DNA of 20,807 nt, taken from a bacterium (GTDB lineage: Bacteria > Zhuqueibacterota > Zhuqueibacteria > Zhuqueibacterales > Zhuqueibacteraceae). Below are positions 1 through 8,787 of this stretch, piece after piece (within the stretch, counting starts at the first letter, position 1; the number at the start of each line of letters is the position of its first letter). The notes under the pieces were generated by a model that was given only the letters and a program-made list of their open reading frames with translations, ran no database searches and had not been told where the DNA came from. The translations under genes were made by a program, and so were the position numbers. The stretch spans positions 1 through 20,807 of the forward strand of contig JBIOXB010000082.1 in the NCBI GenBank assembly GCA_044869275.1, written 5' to 3'.

Positions 1-189
1 GGATTTCTCATATCTATGGGATGCACATTAGTTCAGGATTGTTATACTAATACGTGTCCTGCAGGATTAACTGGCTCATATGAAAAATTAAACATTCAAT
101 CCAGTGTAACTAGAATAGTCAACTATATTAAGGGAACAAGGATCGAACTGCAAAATATCGTGGGTTCTCTAGGAAAGAAAAGGATACAG
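1..189 (+). CDS. Partial (both ends missing) FMN-binding glutamate synthase family protein, C-terminal Fe-S region; probably foreign or chimeric sequence
   Basis: Frame 1 from base 1 reads GFLISMGCTLVQDCYTNTCPAGLTG...RIVNYIKGTRIELQNIVGSLGKKRIQ. This matches the C-x5-C-x4-CP-x-G [3Fe-4S] motif and following helix of the glutamate synthase FMN domain. Counted GC is 64/180 (36%), against >50% after base ~190. Confidence 0.7.
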
Positions 190-1015
190 GTAACATTGCG
201 AGAGTCAAAGCGATGTAGCGCCAGCGGAAGTCCCACACAAACTGCATGGGGGCACGTGTGACAAGCTCCGGTTGAAACCAAAAATAAATCGTCAGCGCGA
301 GAAAAGCGGTGAGGGCGGCAAAGTAAAGATTGGGGCGTAACCGGGGATAAAACAAGAAGAGCAGAAGATGCAACAACGCAAACGCCAGCAAAATGCCCAT
401 CAGCAACATCTGGTGGGTGGTCATTTTTTTTCTGAGAACGTCGTGCTCGCTGTGCATTTGCTGCAAATCACCAATTTTGAAGTCGAAGCCTGGCGGCACG
501 CCTGCGGCCAGAGGCGATTCGTGCAAGAAACAGGAATATCGAATCGCAATGAGATGTCGCGATTTGCCGTTCTCAACATCTGCGGGCGCACGAAAGCCGA
601 GGGCGCGAAGCTCAGGCATGAAAGCAACATAAGACCTTTCATCCTTTTGGGAAGTTCCGACCTTGCCGAATGAATAAAGTAGCTTGCCATCCAAATAGAA
701 TTCAACTGCTCCGAAGTATTTCATGGCTAAACCAAGTGGTGAATACCAGAGGGCGGAATCCACTTCCACGACATAACGGAACCAGCCCATGCCATGCCAG
801 CGATCGTAGGGAAAGTCGCCGAGTTTTATTTTCTCCCAATCGGTGTCATCAAAATCCGGTTGCCCCCAAGTCGTGTCGTCGCCGGCGTGGTAAGTGTAGA
901 ACTTGGGAAAGATAATTTTGCCTTCTAATTGTGCATGCGCCGGCCCCGCGATTTGCAAAAGGAACCAACAGAAAAAGAATGCCGAAATTTTGTGTGCTTC
1001 GATCATGATCGTCAT
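128..1015 (-). CDS. 7TM-DISM-type membrane sensor (signal peptide, extracellular sugar-binding jelly-roll-like domain, TM helices), C-terminally truncated; likely sensor kinase of the adjacent LytTR regulator
   Basis: Signal peptide ends in AHA. Motifs YHAGDD..W.QPDFDDTDW, GMGWFRY and VEFYLDGKLL are typical of GH2-like sugar-binding modules. These are followed by 2-3 hydrophobic helices (GILLAFALLHLLLFLFYP..RPNLYFA). There is no cytoplasmic output domain, and the last ~20 aa derive from the AT-rich segment. Start is ATG 1015 or 1006 (track gives 1048). Confidence 0.7.
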   Translation of the reverse strand: MTIMIEAHKISAFFFCWFLLQIAGPAHAQLEGKIIFPKFYTYHAGDDTTWGQPDFDDTDWEKIKLGDFPYDRWHGMGWFRYVVEVDSALWYSPLGLAMKYFGAVEFYLDGKLLYSFGKVGTSQKDERSYVAFMPELRALGFRAPADVENGKSRHLIAIRYSCFLHESPLAAGVPPGFDFKIGDLQQMHSEHDVLRKKMTTHQMLLMGILLAFALLHLLLFLFYPRLRPNLYFAALTAFLALTIYFWFQPELVTRAPMQFVWDFRWRYIALTLAMLPVSFSFLENPRYFAVRSLFP

Positions 1016-1097
1016 TCTTCTATTTGATTTGTACCACAATGCTGACACGACATGAAGTATGGTTCTTTGACCATTGAAGATTTAAGAAGGTTGCAGT

Positions 1098-1127
1098 ATA
1101 TTAGCAGCAGAAACTTTAAGTTGGCAA
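1098..1127 (-). promoter_or_regulatory. Candidate sigma70-type promoter for the sensor gene
   Basis: Minus strand reads TTGCCA - 18 nt - TAATAT with an extended -10 TGn (TGcTAATAT), in the gap between the regulator and sensor genes. Confidence 0.3.
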
Positions 1128-1158
1128 GAGAATTTCAATTGCGCAGGGAGGAAGCATC

Positions 1159-1884
1159 TTATGAAACCAGCAGATGCTTTAATTTGACGACATAACGCCG
1201 GCTCATGACAAAGGGCTTTTCGAGGCCGCGCACAAAAACTTCCTGGGTATGGTTCCGGCATTTTTTGACTTTTTCCACGTAGTCAAAACTGACGATGGTC
1301 GAGCGGTGAATGCGCACAAAGTGTTTTTCCGGAAGCAACTCTTCCCATTCCTGCAAAGTTTTTGAGACGAGCGCGCGCGGCTTGTCGCCATAAAAGATGT
1401 ACGAATAATTGCCTTCCGCCACGATGCATTTCAACAATGGCAGCTTGATAAACTTGAGCGCGCCGTTCGCGACGACGTAAATGACATCATCATAACCCGC
1501 CTTTTTGCTCCGCTCTGCGTGCGCCGGCTCATTCGTGCCCAGCCTTTTGACGGCTTTGGCCAGGCGTTCTTTGCTGATGGGCTTCAGCAAATAGTCGAGT
1601 GCATTGACCTCGAAAGCGCGTAGCGCGTATTTATCATAAGCCGTGATGAAAATGATTCGAGCTGATACCTCGATTTGTTCGAGCAAGTCGAATCCCGATG
1701 CCCCAGGCATCTGGATGTCGAGAAACATAACCTCGGGGCGGGCATCCTGAATCAGGGGAATGGCTTGCGCGACGCTGGCGGCCTCGCCGACCACTTCGAT
1801 CTCCGGATGCTCGGCGAGCATAATTTTAAGCTCCGAACGCACCAGCCATTCGTCGTCAACAATGAAGGTCCTGAAAGACTGCAT
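1159..1884 (-). CDS. LytR/AlgR (LytTR) family two-component response regulator
   Basis: Receiver domain motifs IVDDE, FLDIQMPG, FITAYD..AL.AFEVNALDYLLKP and LytTR motif F.RIHRS.IV. Probable start ATG 1884 (track gives 1908). Confidence 0.93.
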   Translation of the reverse strand: MQSFRTFIVDDEWLVRSELKIMLAEHPEIEVVGEAASVAQAIPLIQDARPEVMFLDIQMPGASGFDLLEQIEVSARIIFITAYDKYALRAFEVNALDYLLKPISKERLAKAVKRLGTNEPAHAERSKKAGYDDVIYVVANGALKFIKLPLLKCIVAEGNYSYIFYGDKPRALVSKTLQEWEELLPEKHFVRIHRSTIVSFDYVEKVKKCRNHTQEVFVRGLEKPFVMSRRYVVKLKHLLVS

Positions 1885-2071
1885 GAGAGCACGGGCCGTT
1901 GCTGTCACCTGCGCCGGGAATTTCCTTTAGGCCTCCCGGCATGTCGAGGTGGATTGAGGGTTTTAGCTGCGTTCTTGAGAATGATGAGGGAGGATAAGAA
2001 GAATAACGCACAAAAACAATTCTGCGGCAACAGAATGTCGAAATCGCCTTTTTATGAAAGGGTCTTTCTTG

Positions 2072-3199
2072 ATGCACGGAGCCGTTGCCATCGCGAGGGA
2101 TTTGATCGCCATTCCTTCGGTGAATCCCATGGGAAAGAGCGTTTCCGGAGAAATGTATTCAGAAAAACAGATCGCCTCTTACGTGTCTCATTTTATGTCG
2201 GCGCTTGGCGTGGATTGCCGTATCGCAGCTTCTGACCCCGATCATCCGAACGTCATCGCTCGAGTGGATGCCGGCAAGCCTGAAACCGTGCTTTTGGAGG
2301 CGCACATGGACACGGTTTCGCATGAGAGTATGCGCATCGCTCCGTTCGACCCCAAGATCGAGAATGGGCTTCTCTATGGCCGCGGCTCTTGCGATACGAA
2401 ATCCGCGCTCGCCGTTTATTTGTACGCCCTGGAGCAGATGCTGCGGCGCGGATACGCCTGGCAGCGCAATGTGATACTCGCCGGCGTGCATGACGAAGAA
2501 TTCTCCTTTGGCGGCGCCAGGGAATTGGCTGCCATGAACCTCGACGTTACGTTCGCCATTGCCGGGGAGCCAACGTCGTTGCACATCATTTATGCACACA
2601 AAGGTGTCTGCCGGTTCTTTCTGTCGACGCAGGGAAAAAGCGCGCACGCGGCTTTGCCCTGGCTGGGAGAAAGTGCGATCTTTAGAATGGGGGAGGTCAT
2701 CAAGCGATTGGAAGCCTACTCGCAGCGGTTGGGCGAAGAAACCCATCCGGAGCTCGGCCCGGCCACCGTGAGTATCGGAAGGATTTTCGGAGGAGAGGCG
2801 GTGAATACCGTGCCGTCATCATGTACCATTGAAATCGATCATCGCCTGCTGCCGGGAGAAGCTTACGATAACGTGCGCGCTGCCGTGGAAAAATTCTTGG
2901 AAAATGTTCCGGGCTGTCGCCTCGCGCCGCCTTACCTGGAAGTGCCTGGCGTTTACGTTGACAAAAGCGATTTGGCTTGCCGCGCACTTTTGCACGCATG
3001 CCAGGCAGTGCATTGGAAAGCCGAGCTGCAAACGGCGCATTACGCGACGGATGCGGCCCTCCTCAATGGCGCAGGAATTCCAACGATTGTGTTTGGGCCG
3101 GGGAATATCGAAATGGCACACACCGCGGCGGAGTGTATCGCTTTGAGTGACATCGAAAAAGCGGCAGAAATCATCGTGGCGCTGCTGCGTTCCGCTTAG
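2072..3199 (+). CDS. M20 family metallo-amidohydrolase (ArgE/DapE-like deacylase)
   Basis: Metal-ligand motifs LLEAHMDTV, LYGRGSCDTK, DEE, GEPT and AHT..E, plus dimerisation-domain G.SAHAA.PW.G. Start ATG 2072 (GAAAGG upstream) or 2054. Confidence 0.9.
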   Translation: MHGAVAIARDLIAIPSVNPMGKSVSGEMYSEKQIASYVSHFMSALGVDCRIAASDPDHPNVIARVDAGKPETVLLEAHMDTVSHESMRIAPFDPKIENGLLYGRGSCDTKSALAVYLYALEQMLRRGYAWQRNVILAGVHDEEFSFGGARELAAMNLDVTFAIAGEPTSLHIIYAHKGVCRFFLSTQGKSAHAALPWLGESAIFRMGEVIKRLEAYSQRLGEETHPELGPATVSIGRIFGGEAVNTVPSSCTIEIDHRLLPGEAYDNVRAAVEKFLENVPGCRLAPPYLEVPGVYVDKSDLACRALLHACQAVHWKAELQTAHYATDAALLNGAGIPTIVFGPGNIEMAHTAAECIALSDIEKAAEIIVALLRSA

Positions 3200-3270
3200 G
3201 ATCGCGAATTGGATCATCTTCAATTATCATGCGCGCCAGCGATTTTTTACGGGATAGTTATTAGAACAAA

Positions 3271-3297
3271 ATCCGCCTAATCCGCGTCATCCGCGGT
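3271..3297. repeat. Short intergenic 9-mer tandem (ATCCGCCTA ATCCGCGTC ATCCGCGGT), REP-like remnant
   Basis: Three adjacent ATCCGC-initiated 9-mers between the convergent M20 and rhaA genes. Confidence 0.5.
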
Positions 3298-3412
3298 CAA
3301 AAGAGCATAAAAACTGCTTTTGAAAAACTTGTGCCAGTGCAGGCCTCTCCTCGTTTTGACGCGCTTACATCAAATGAGCGAGTTGTTTAATCGTCATTTC
3401 GTAGCGAGCTTT

Positions 3413-4681
3413 TCAACCCCGTTTGCTCGTCACCTGCTCCTCATAAGCCTTCAGCTCTTTCAGCCAAGCCATGCCCACCGGCACGTTCATGCGCTCGCAA
3501 TAATAATCCCACACCGCCCCGAAGGGCAAGGTCTTCAATTCCTCCAGGAGCGCGAGCCGGCCGCCAAAATCGCCGGCATTTTCATACTCAGAAAGTTTGT
3601 CGCGCGGCTCCAACAGCGCGAGCAACAGCGCTTTGAGCGTCGCTCGCGTGCCTGTGATCCAGGCGCCCACACGATGAATGCTGGCGTCAAAAAAATCGAG
3701 CGCGATATGGATGCGATCCAGGGCCGCACTGCGTACGATTTCTTCTGCCACGGCGCGCACTTCGTCGTTGAGAATGACGACATGATCGCTGTCCCAGCGC
3801 ACGCCGCGGCTGATATGCAGCAGCAGCTCCGGGCAGAATTGCAGAATCGCCGAGAGCTTGTCGGCCACCGACTCGGTCGGATGAAAATGGCCCATGTCCA
3901 AACAAATCACTTTGCCGCGCGTTAAGGCATAGCCGAGATAGAATTCGTGCGAGCCCACCACATAAGCTTCACTGCCGATGCCGAAGAGCTTGCTTTCGAT
4001 CGCGTCTTTCATTGCGTTTGCGTCATGCCTCACCTTGAAGATTTCATCCAAAGCTTCGCGCAAGCGCAGCCGCGGCTGCCAGCGATCGCCGGGCAGATCT
4101 TTAGAGCCGTCGGGAATCCACAGGTTGTGAATGCAAGGACTGGCCAGCTCGCGGCCCATCGCCGCACTGATCTCGCGGCAACGCTGCACGTGCGCGATCC
4201 AAAACTCGCGCACGGGGCGCTCGCGATGGCTCAAGGTGAATCCCGAGTCAGCCTGGGGATGCGAAAAACAAGTGGCATTGAAATCGAGTTTGAAATTTTG
4301 CTGCTTTGCCCAATCGATCCAGCCTTTGAAATGATCCGGGCGGATTTGATCGCGCTCGACTTTGTTTCCGCCGAACTCGCCATACATCGCGTGCAAGTTG
4401 AAGCGGTGCCGTCCGGGAATCAGCGCAAAAGCTTTTTCCGCGTCCCGGCGCAGCTCGACCACCGTGCGCGCCTTGCCGGGATAGTTGCCTGTGGCTAAAA
4501 TCCCGCCGCCGGTGAGTGTCGAGTCGGGCTGCTCGAATCCGCCAACGTCATCGCCTTGCCAGCATTGCAAAGAGATGGAGAGGCTCTGCAATGTTTGCAT
4601 TGCCGCCTCCGTATCCACGCCCAATTCCGCATAACGCTCTTTGGCGATGCCGTAGGCTTTGGTGATCGAGGAGAGGTCCAT
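3413..4681 (-). CDS. rhaA: L-rhamnose isomerase
   Basis: Diagnostic motifs CWQGDDVGGFE, ATGNYPGKART, NLHAMY, WIPDG, ESKLFGIGSEAYVVGSHEFY, LDMGHFHPTE, HISRGVRWDSDHVV, LDFFDASI and LEELKTLPFGAVWDYYC; 422 aa. Confidence 0.96.
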   Translation of the reverse strand: MDLSSITKAYGIAKERYAELGVDTEAAMQTLQSLSISLQCWQGDDVGGFEQPDSTLTGGGILATGNYPGKARTVVELRRDAEKAFALIPGRHRFNLHAMYGEFGGNKVERDQIRPDHFKGWIDWAKQQNFKLDFNATCFSHPQADSGFTLSHRERPVREFWIAHVQRCREISAAMGRELASPCIHNLWIPDGSKDLPGDRWQPRLRLREALDEIFKVRHDANAMKDAIESKLFGIGSEAYVVGSHEFYLGYALTRGKVICLDMGHFHPTESVADKLSAILQFCPELLLHISRGVRWDSDHVVILNDEVRAVAEEIVRSAALDRIHIALDFFDASIHRVGAWITGTRATLKALLLALLEPRDKLSEYENAGDFGGRLALLEELKTLPFGAVWDYYCERMNVPVGMAWLKELKAYEEQVTSKRG

Positions 4682-4730
4682 GCTCTTTCTTGAGAATTAA
4701 GACGAGACTTCAAAGTTCTTACGGACAGAT

Positions 4731-4874
4731 TAGTTTGACAATGTTAGGTTGGATAAAAAAACCTTCCACTACTTGTCATTCCGTATGAGGCCTGCACTCA
4801 AACCGAGGGAAGATCCCGAAGTTTCGGGATGACAGATTGAGAGGGCGCGATTTTAACTTAACATTGTCGAGTTG
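4731..4874. mobile_element. MITE-like palindromic element, degenerate copy (TIRs plus internal REP-type palindrome)
   Basis: Left end TAGTTTGACAATGTTAGGTT and right end AACTTAACATTGTCGAGTTG are imperfect inverted repeats of the same motif as at 9420-9577. Internal AAGATCCCGAAGTTTCGGGATGACA (4810-4834) is 24/25 identical to 9513-9537. Confidence 0.7.
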
Positions 4875-4909
4875 GGACCAACAGATTAGGAGCATCCGTT
4901 AGCCTTAAT

Positions 4910-5833
4910 CTACCCGTTGGGGGCTTTCGACTGAAATGTCAACTTGCTCGCCGTTGCCTGCACCTGCGCCGGATGCACGCTCGGCACGAGTTGCAGGGAA
5001 TATTGGTGCCAGTAGAATTTGTACGTTGGCTGCTTCCAATGTTTGTATATAATTTCCCAGCCGTGATGCTGCATGTGCGGGCGGAAGGAATCCCACACCA
5101 CCAGCGGCTCGCGGAAAGGTTGATAGCGAAAATCGCACGAGAGGCGCAGCAAGTCTGGCGTGGTGTTATGGTAGGCCTTATGTACGGTGAGGGAATGGAA
5201 CATGATGAAATCCCCCATCTGAAAATCACCCTTATGCCATTCGAAACTGTTTTCGTCCACGTCCGCGCACAAGCCGCCCGTGCCCTCGGCTTCTTTTGTG
5301 GGGAAAATTCCCAGTTGGTGCGAGCCGCGTGCAATTCCCAATCCGCCCAACGCCACGGGACAATCCCCCACTGGAAACCAAACCGTGTAAGCTTCACGAC
5401 TACCTTGAATGAACACGTAGTCTTGGTGCGAAGGCGTGGTCATTTTGCTCGAGCTGGGGAGAGTGATGCGGGCGATGTTGCGTGCGTGCGGAAACGCCGC
5501 GCCGCCGAGCGCCGCTTCCAGCGTGTGCAAAATCGCCGTTTCATGCGCCAGCGCGTGGAAACTCTCGAGGAATTGCAGATCGCGATAGACTTCGGTGAAC
5601 TCGAAATAACCGGTATAGGCGTCTGCCCGGCCTTTGCCTGCTTCCGGCTTTGTGCCCGGCAAAACCCAGCCGTGCTTCTGGCAGATTTCGAGCATTTCAC
5701 CACGCAGGCTGCGCAACGGTGCAAGCGGCAGCAAGCCGCGGAAGAAAAGATAGCCGTCCTCCGCGAGACGCTGGCGCAAGGCGCCGGGTTTGCTCAACAA
5801 TTCTTGTGATTCGATGAGTGGCTTTTCGAGCAT
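4910..5833 (-). CDS. Phytanoyl-CoA dioxygenase (PhyH) family Fe(II)/2-oxoglutarate-dependent dioxygenase
   Basis: Motifs L.EDGYLFFRGLL, HxD facial-triad motif (PSHQD), TVWFPVGD, GGL...RGSH, GD..MFHSLTVH (distal His) and R.SCDFRYQ. GGAG RBS before ATG 5833. Confidence 0.9.
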   Translation of the reverse strand: MLEKPLIESQELLSKPGALRQRLAEDGYLFFRGLLPLAPLRSLRGEMLEICQKHGWVLPGTKPEAGKGRADAYTGYFEFTEVYRDLQFLESFHALAHETAILHTLEAALGGAAFPHARNIARITLPSSSKMTTPSHQDYVFIQGSREAYTVWFPVGDCPVALGGLGIARGSHQLGIFPTKEAEGTGGLCADVDENSFEWHKGDFQMGDFIMFHSLTVHKAYHNTTPDLLRLSCDFRYQPFREPLVVWDSFRPHMQHHGWEIIYKHWKQPTYKFYWHQYSLQLVPSVHPAQVQATASKLTFQSKAPNG

Positions 5834-6072
5834 CAACTATTCTCCTGCTATTCTGTGCTAGTCGATTTGTTTATAAGCATCCATTTTCGCTATCCATAGG
5901 GAGTTGTGCCTTCAGGCACCGCGAGGTAGCGAGCGCTCGGCTCCTGCAGCTGTTGTTACGACAGTTATTTTCCTGGGAATCATATGAAGCTCAGGCACCG
6001 TGCTTGATTCCACCAAGATTCTTTCAGAATGACATATAATGGCCCAAAGCAGAATCAGCAGCCGATCAACCC

Positions 6073-8379
6073 TCAAACCTTCCACATGATATTCATGTCG
6101 ATCCTCGGCTCGACGTGGCGATATTTTTCCACCAGCGCGATTTTGCGCTGCAGCAGCTCGCCCAGATTCTCGCCGTAAATAAAACTTGTCTCGCCGGTTT
6201 TGGAGACCACCATGAAATCCACCGGGCTGGTATTCCATAATTCGAGCAAGTCTTTGGTGTTTTGCAGATCGCGCGCCATCATCTCGTCGAGATACTTGCG
6301 CCAGTTTTTCTTTTGGGTTTGATCTTTGGCCCCAAGATAGCCGTGCACGCCCGCAACCCATGCCGACAGGCTGCGCAAAGTGCCGGCCCAGCAACGCAAA
6401 CCGCGCAATCGTTCGTACTGATCCACGAACACGCGCCGCGCCTGTTCGGAAATTTGCTGATGGTGTGCTTGGGTCTTTGCCAATTGCAGTACGCTTTCCA
6501 GTCGTGGCCAAACATTTTCATCCACGCGCTGCACGAATTTTTCACCCGACTCTGGCGTGACCAGGTCAAAGAGCACGTCTTTGCCCAAATCAACCAAATT
6601 TGTGTTGTTGGTCGTGCTCACCATGAACTGTTCGTAATAGCGCCGCTCTGCGTCCGGAATCGCCAGCAAGTCGGGAATGATGGGGCGCACCCAAAGCCGC
6701 AGCCACACGAAGCCAAAATTGGAGAAAAGCGGCAGAATGGGGAGATGCTGAATCGCGTCATCGGTTTGCCGCCAAATCGCAACGAGCTGTTCCGCGGCTG
6801 CCTCGCCTACCCATTGCGTGGCCTTGCGCTGCAACACTGCTTCCAACTCGGCATTCGGCTCGAGCATGAACGCGCGGAAAACTTCTTGATTAATGTGATA
6901 GGGCGCAAGGCGGGAGGGCGTGAAACCGCCGAGATTGGCGGCGTATTCCACGCCGCTTTTTTTCATCTCCTGCAACTTCTGCCAGATCATCCACGGATAG
7001 GGCAGGCCGAGCAACGGCTCGAAATTGTAGCCGTTGCCATGCGAGTAAATGAGATGGGAAGCGATGCCGCGCTGGTGATGCGCGTCGATGAGCTGCCGCT
7101 CTTGCGGATCCATTTTCAGATGATGCACACTGCCGGCAATGCCCATGACATCCGGATACTTGTCGTGATGGTAGGGTAAATCATAGCCGCGCACCAGCAG
7201 CGAAGGCACTTCGAGATCGAGACGATCTTCCAAATGCGCCAGAATCACGTCGTGCTCCACCTTGAAAGGCTCAAGGCGCAGGGAGACGCGAAAATCCGGA
7301 TTGAGCTCGGCCGCGGCCTCGCGCAGAATTTTCATATACCGCACCACGTTCTTGCCCGCGACTTCCGCGATTTGTTCGTGCGTGCGCCATTCGCGAATCA
7401 GATACGGGCCGCCGTTTCTGCCCACGTACAGCGAGCTGGTGTATTCGAAGCCGGAGCCGCTGTCATTGCTCCAAATGCTGAGATAGGCAAGATCGGGAAC
7501 CTCGCGCAACAGTTTCTGCATCATCTCGCGATAATGCGCCTGCGCCAGCGGATGCGCGATGGTCATGGTGAAGCGCGGCCGGCGGCTGCGAAAGGGATGG
7601 TCCACGCGCGCGCCGCGCAGTGTGGGATATTTGTGAAAAAATTTCTCCGGTACCGAGCGCGGCTCGAAACACAACAGGCCCGGCTGCAGGCCATATTTCC
7701 GGCCCAACGCGGCGTAGCGTTTCAACAAATTCAGGTTTGCGGTGAGATATTCGATGGGATAAATGCCCTTGTTCAATTCGCTGTGCACGAATTGATCCAA
7801 CGCCGGACAATAAGAATAAAATTGCGAATAATACTCGCCCTCGACCGGATCTTCGAACGGCACAGGCAGGGCCAGGCCGTTCACTTCCACATGCGTGTAT
7901 CCGGCGCGCGCCAATTCGCGAATGTGCTCTTCGGCATTGAAGTTCCGCGCGGTGCGCCAGGTTTGTGTCAACAGATAATCAAACAGCGGGCGATGCCAGC
8001 GCAGCGCCGCCGTATGGTATTTGCCTTTCTCGAATTCCTGCAGCGGGGATGATGCCCAATCCTCCAACAGATGCGTGGTATACGCAAACAAAAGCGCGGG
8101 ATGTGAAACGAGCAATTCTCCCGTGCCGTTCGGCGCCACGCGCACGTAGGCCCAGTGTTTGTTGGATGGCGCCGCGGCTCTGATCTTGTCGAGGTCGAAA
8201 GAAGCATTCTGTGCAACAGCAACGCGAAGAGCCTCTTGTGCGTTTTTCGCTTCGCCGCGCGCAACACCGGCTTGCGGGCAAGTTTTCTGTAATTCTGAGG
8301 CGCAAGTCTCTTCGACTGGAAAAGTGTTCTCAGGGAGCAAGATCAATTTGGTCTTCTGGAGAGCATCGCGGAGGTTCAT
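6073..8379 (-). CDS. Hypothetical protein (~768 aa), possibly glycoside-hydrolase-like (small N-terminal alpha/beta domain, barrel domain, helical C-terminus)
   Basis: Long clean ORF with host-like codon usage. Probable start ATG 8379 (MNLRDALQK); the track extension to 8529 looks non-coding. No signal peptide or TM helix. The family call is pattern-based only. Confidence 0.8.
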   Translation of the reverse strand: MNLRDALQKTKLILLPENTFPVEETCASELQKTCPQAGVARGEAKNAQEALRVAVAQNASFDLDKIRAAAPSNKHWAYVRVAPNGTGELLVSHPALLFAYTTHLLEDWASSPLQEFEKGKYHTAALRWHRPLFDYLLTQTWRTARNFNAEEHIRELARAGYTHVEVNGLALPVPFEDPVEGEYYSQFYSYCPALDQFVHSELNKGIYPIEYLTANLNLLKRYAALGRKYGLQPGLLCFEPRSVPEKFFHKYPTLRGARVDHPFRSRRPRFTMTIAHPLAQAHYREMMQKLLREVPDLAYLSIWSNDSGSGFEYTSSLYVGRNGGPYLIREWRTHEQIAEVAGKNVVRYMKILREAAAELNPDFRVSLRLEPFKVEHDVILAHLEDRLDLEVPSLLVRGYDLPYHHDKYPDVMGIAGSVHHLKMDPQERQLIDAHHQRGIASHLIYSHGNGYNFEPLLGLPYPWMIWQKLQEMKKSGVEYAANLGGFTPSRLAPYHINQEVFRAFMLEPNAELEAVLQRKATQWVGEAAAEQLVAIWRQTDDAIQHLPILPLFSNFGFVWLRLWVRPIIPDLLAIPDAERRYYEQFMVSTTNNTNLVDLGKDVLFDLVTPESGEKFVQRVDENVWPRLESVLQLAKTQAHHQQISEQARRVFVDQYERLRGLRCWAGTLRSLSAWVAGVHGYLGAKDQTQKKNWRKYLDEMMARDLQNTKDLLELWNTSPVDFMVVSKTGETSFIYGENLGELLQRKIALVEKYRHVEPRIDMNIMWKV

Positions 8380-8690
8380 GAGAGGAATCCTGGTATTGGT
8401 TGAAAGTTCAGGCCAGTCGCGTTTCGACTTATCGTCGAATGTTTTTTGCCGCTTCGCAGCAGCTTTGATTTGCAACTTGCCCGCAAATCCGGATCGTCTA
8501 TGAAAGTGAGGTCTCTGCCCCATCGGCAAACATTTTCAAACCGTGAATCGGCATAATTTTCCGCCAGTATTCTTCAATCACATTGATTCGTGCTTATTCG
8601 CGGTTGCCCGCTTGTTTGGTTGCAGCTCGGCGCGTTAAGCGCTTAGTCAGTTACAAGTGCACTCTCTGTAAAAAAAAGCAAAAACTTTCT

Positions 8691-8754
8691 CCCACGGAAA
8701 TGGAACTGCCACGAAAAAAGCTTTTCATTTCCGTGGAAGTTCCTCTTTTGTGGG
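8691..8754. repeat. Intergenic imperfect inverted repeat built from duplicated CCACGGAA-like units (REP-like hairpin)
   Basis: CCACGGAAATG (8692-8702) and CATTTCCGTGG (8726-8736) are a perfect pair. The longer arms CCCACGGAAATGGAACTGCCACGAAAA and TTTCCGTGGAAGTTCCTCTTTTGTGGG pair imperfectly. It lies downstream of the GNAT gene with a minus-strand U-run beyond it, so it may act as a terminator. Confidence 0.65.
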
Positions 8755-8787
8755 CGATAAGTTCTTTTTGATTCCGGCTCGTCCGGG

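Noticed and set aside
16..261. 81-aa ORF as a complete small gene
   Set aside because: The frame is open from base 1, and the part after ~189 is antisense to the sensor gene. It is a fragment across a junction.
5912..6034. 10-bp direct repeat TCAGGCACCG (5912, 5991) and a REP-like half AGATTCTTTCAGAATGACA; possible riboswitch
   Set aside because: No recognisable riboswitch consensus. At most a decayed repeat remnant.
8380..8529. N-terminal 50-aa extension of the large hypothetical protein
   Set aside because: TTG start without a clear RBS and a low-plausibility sequence; ATG 8379 is preferred.
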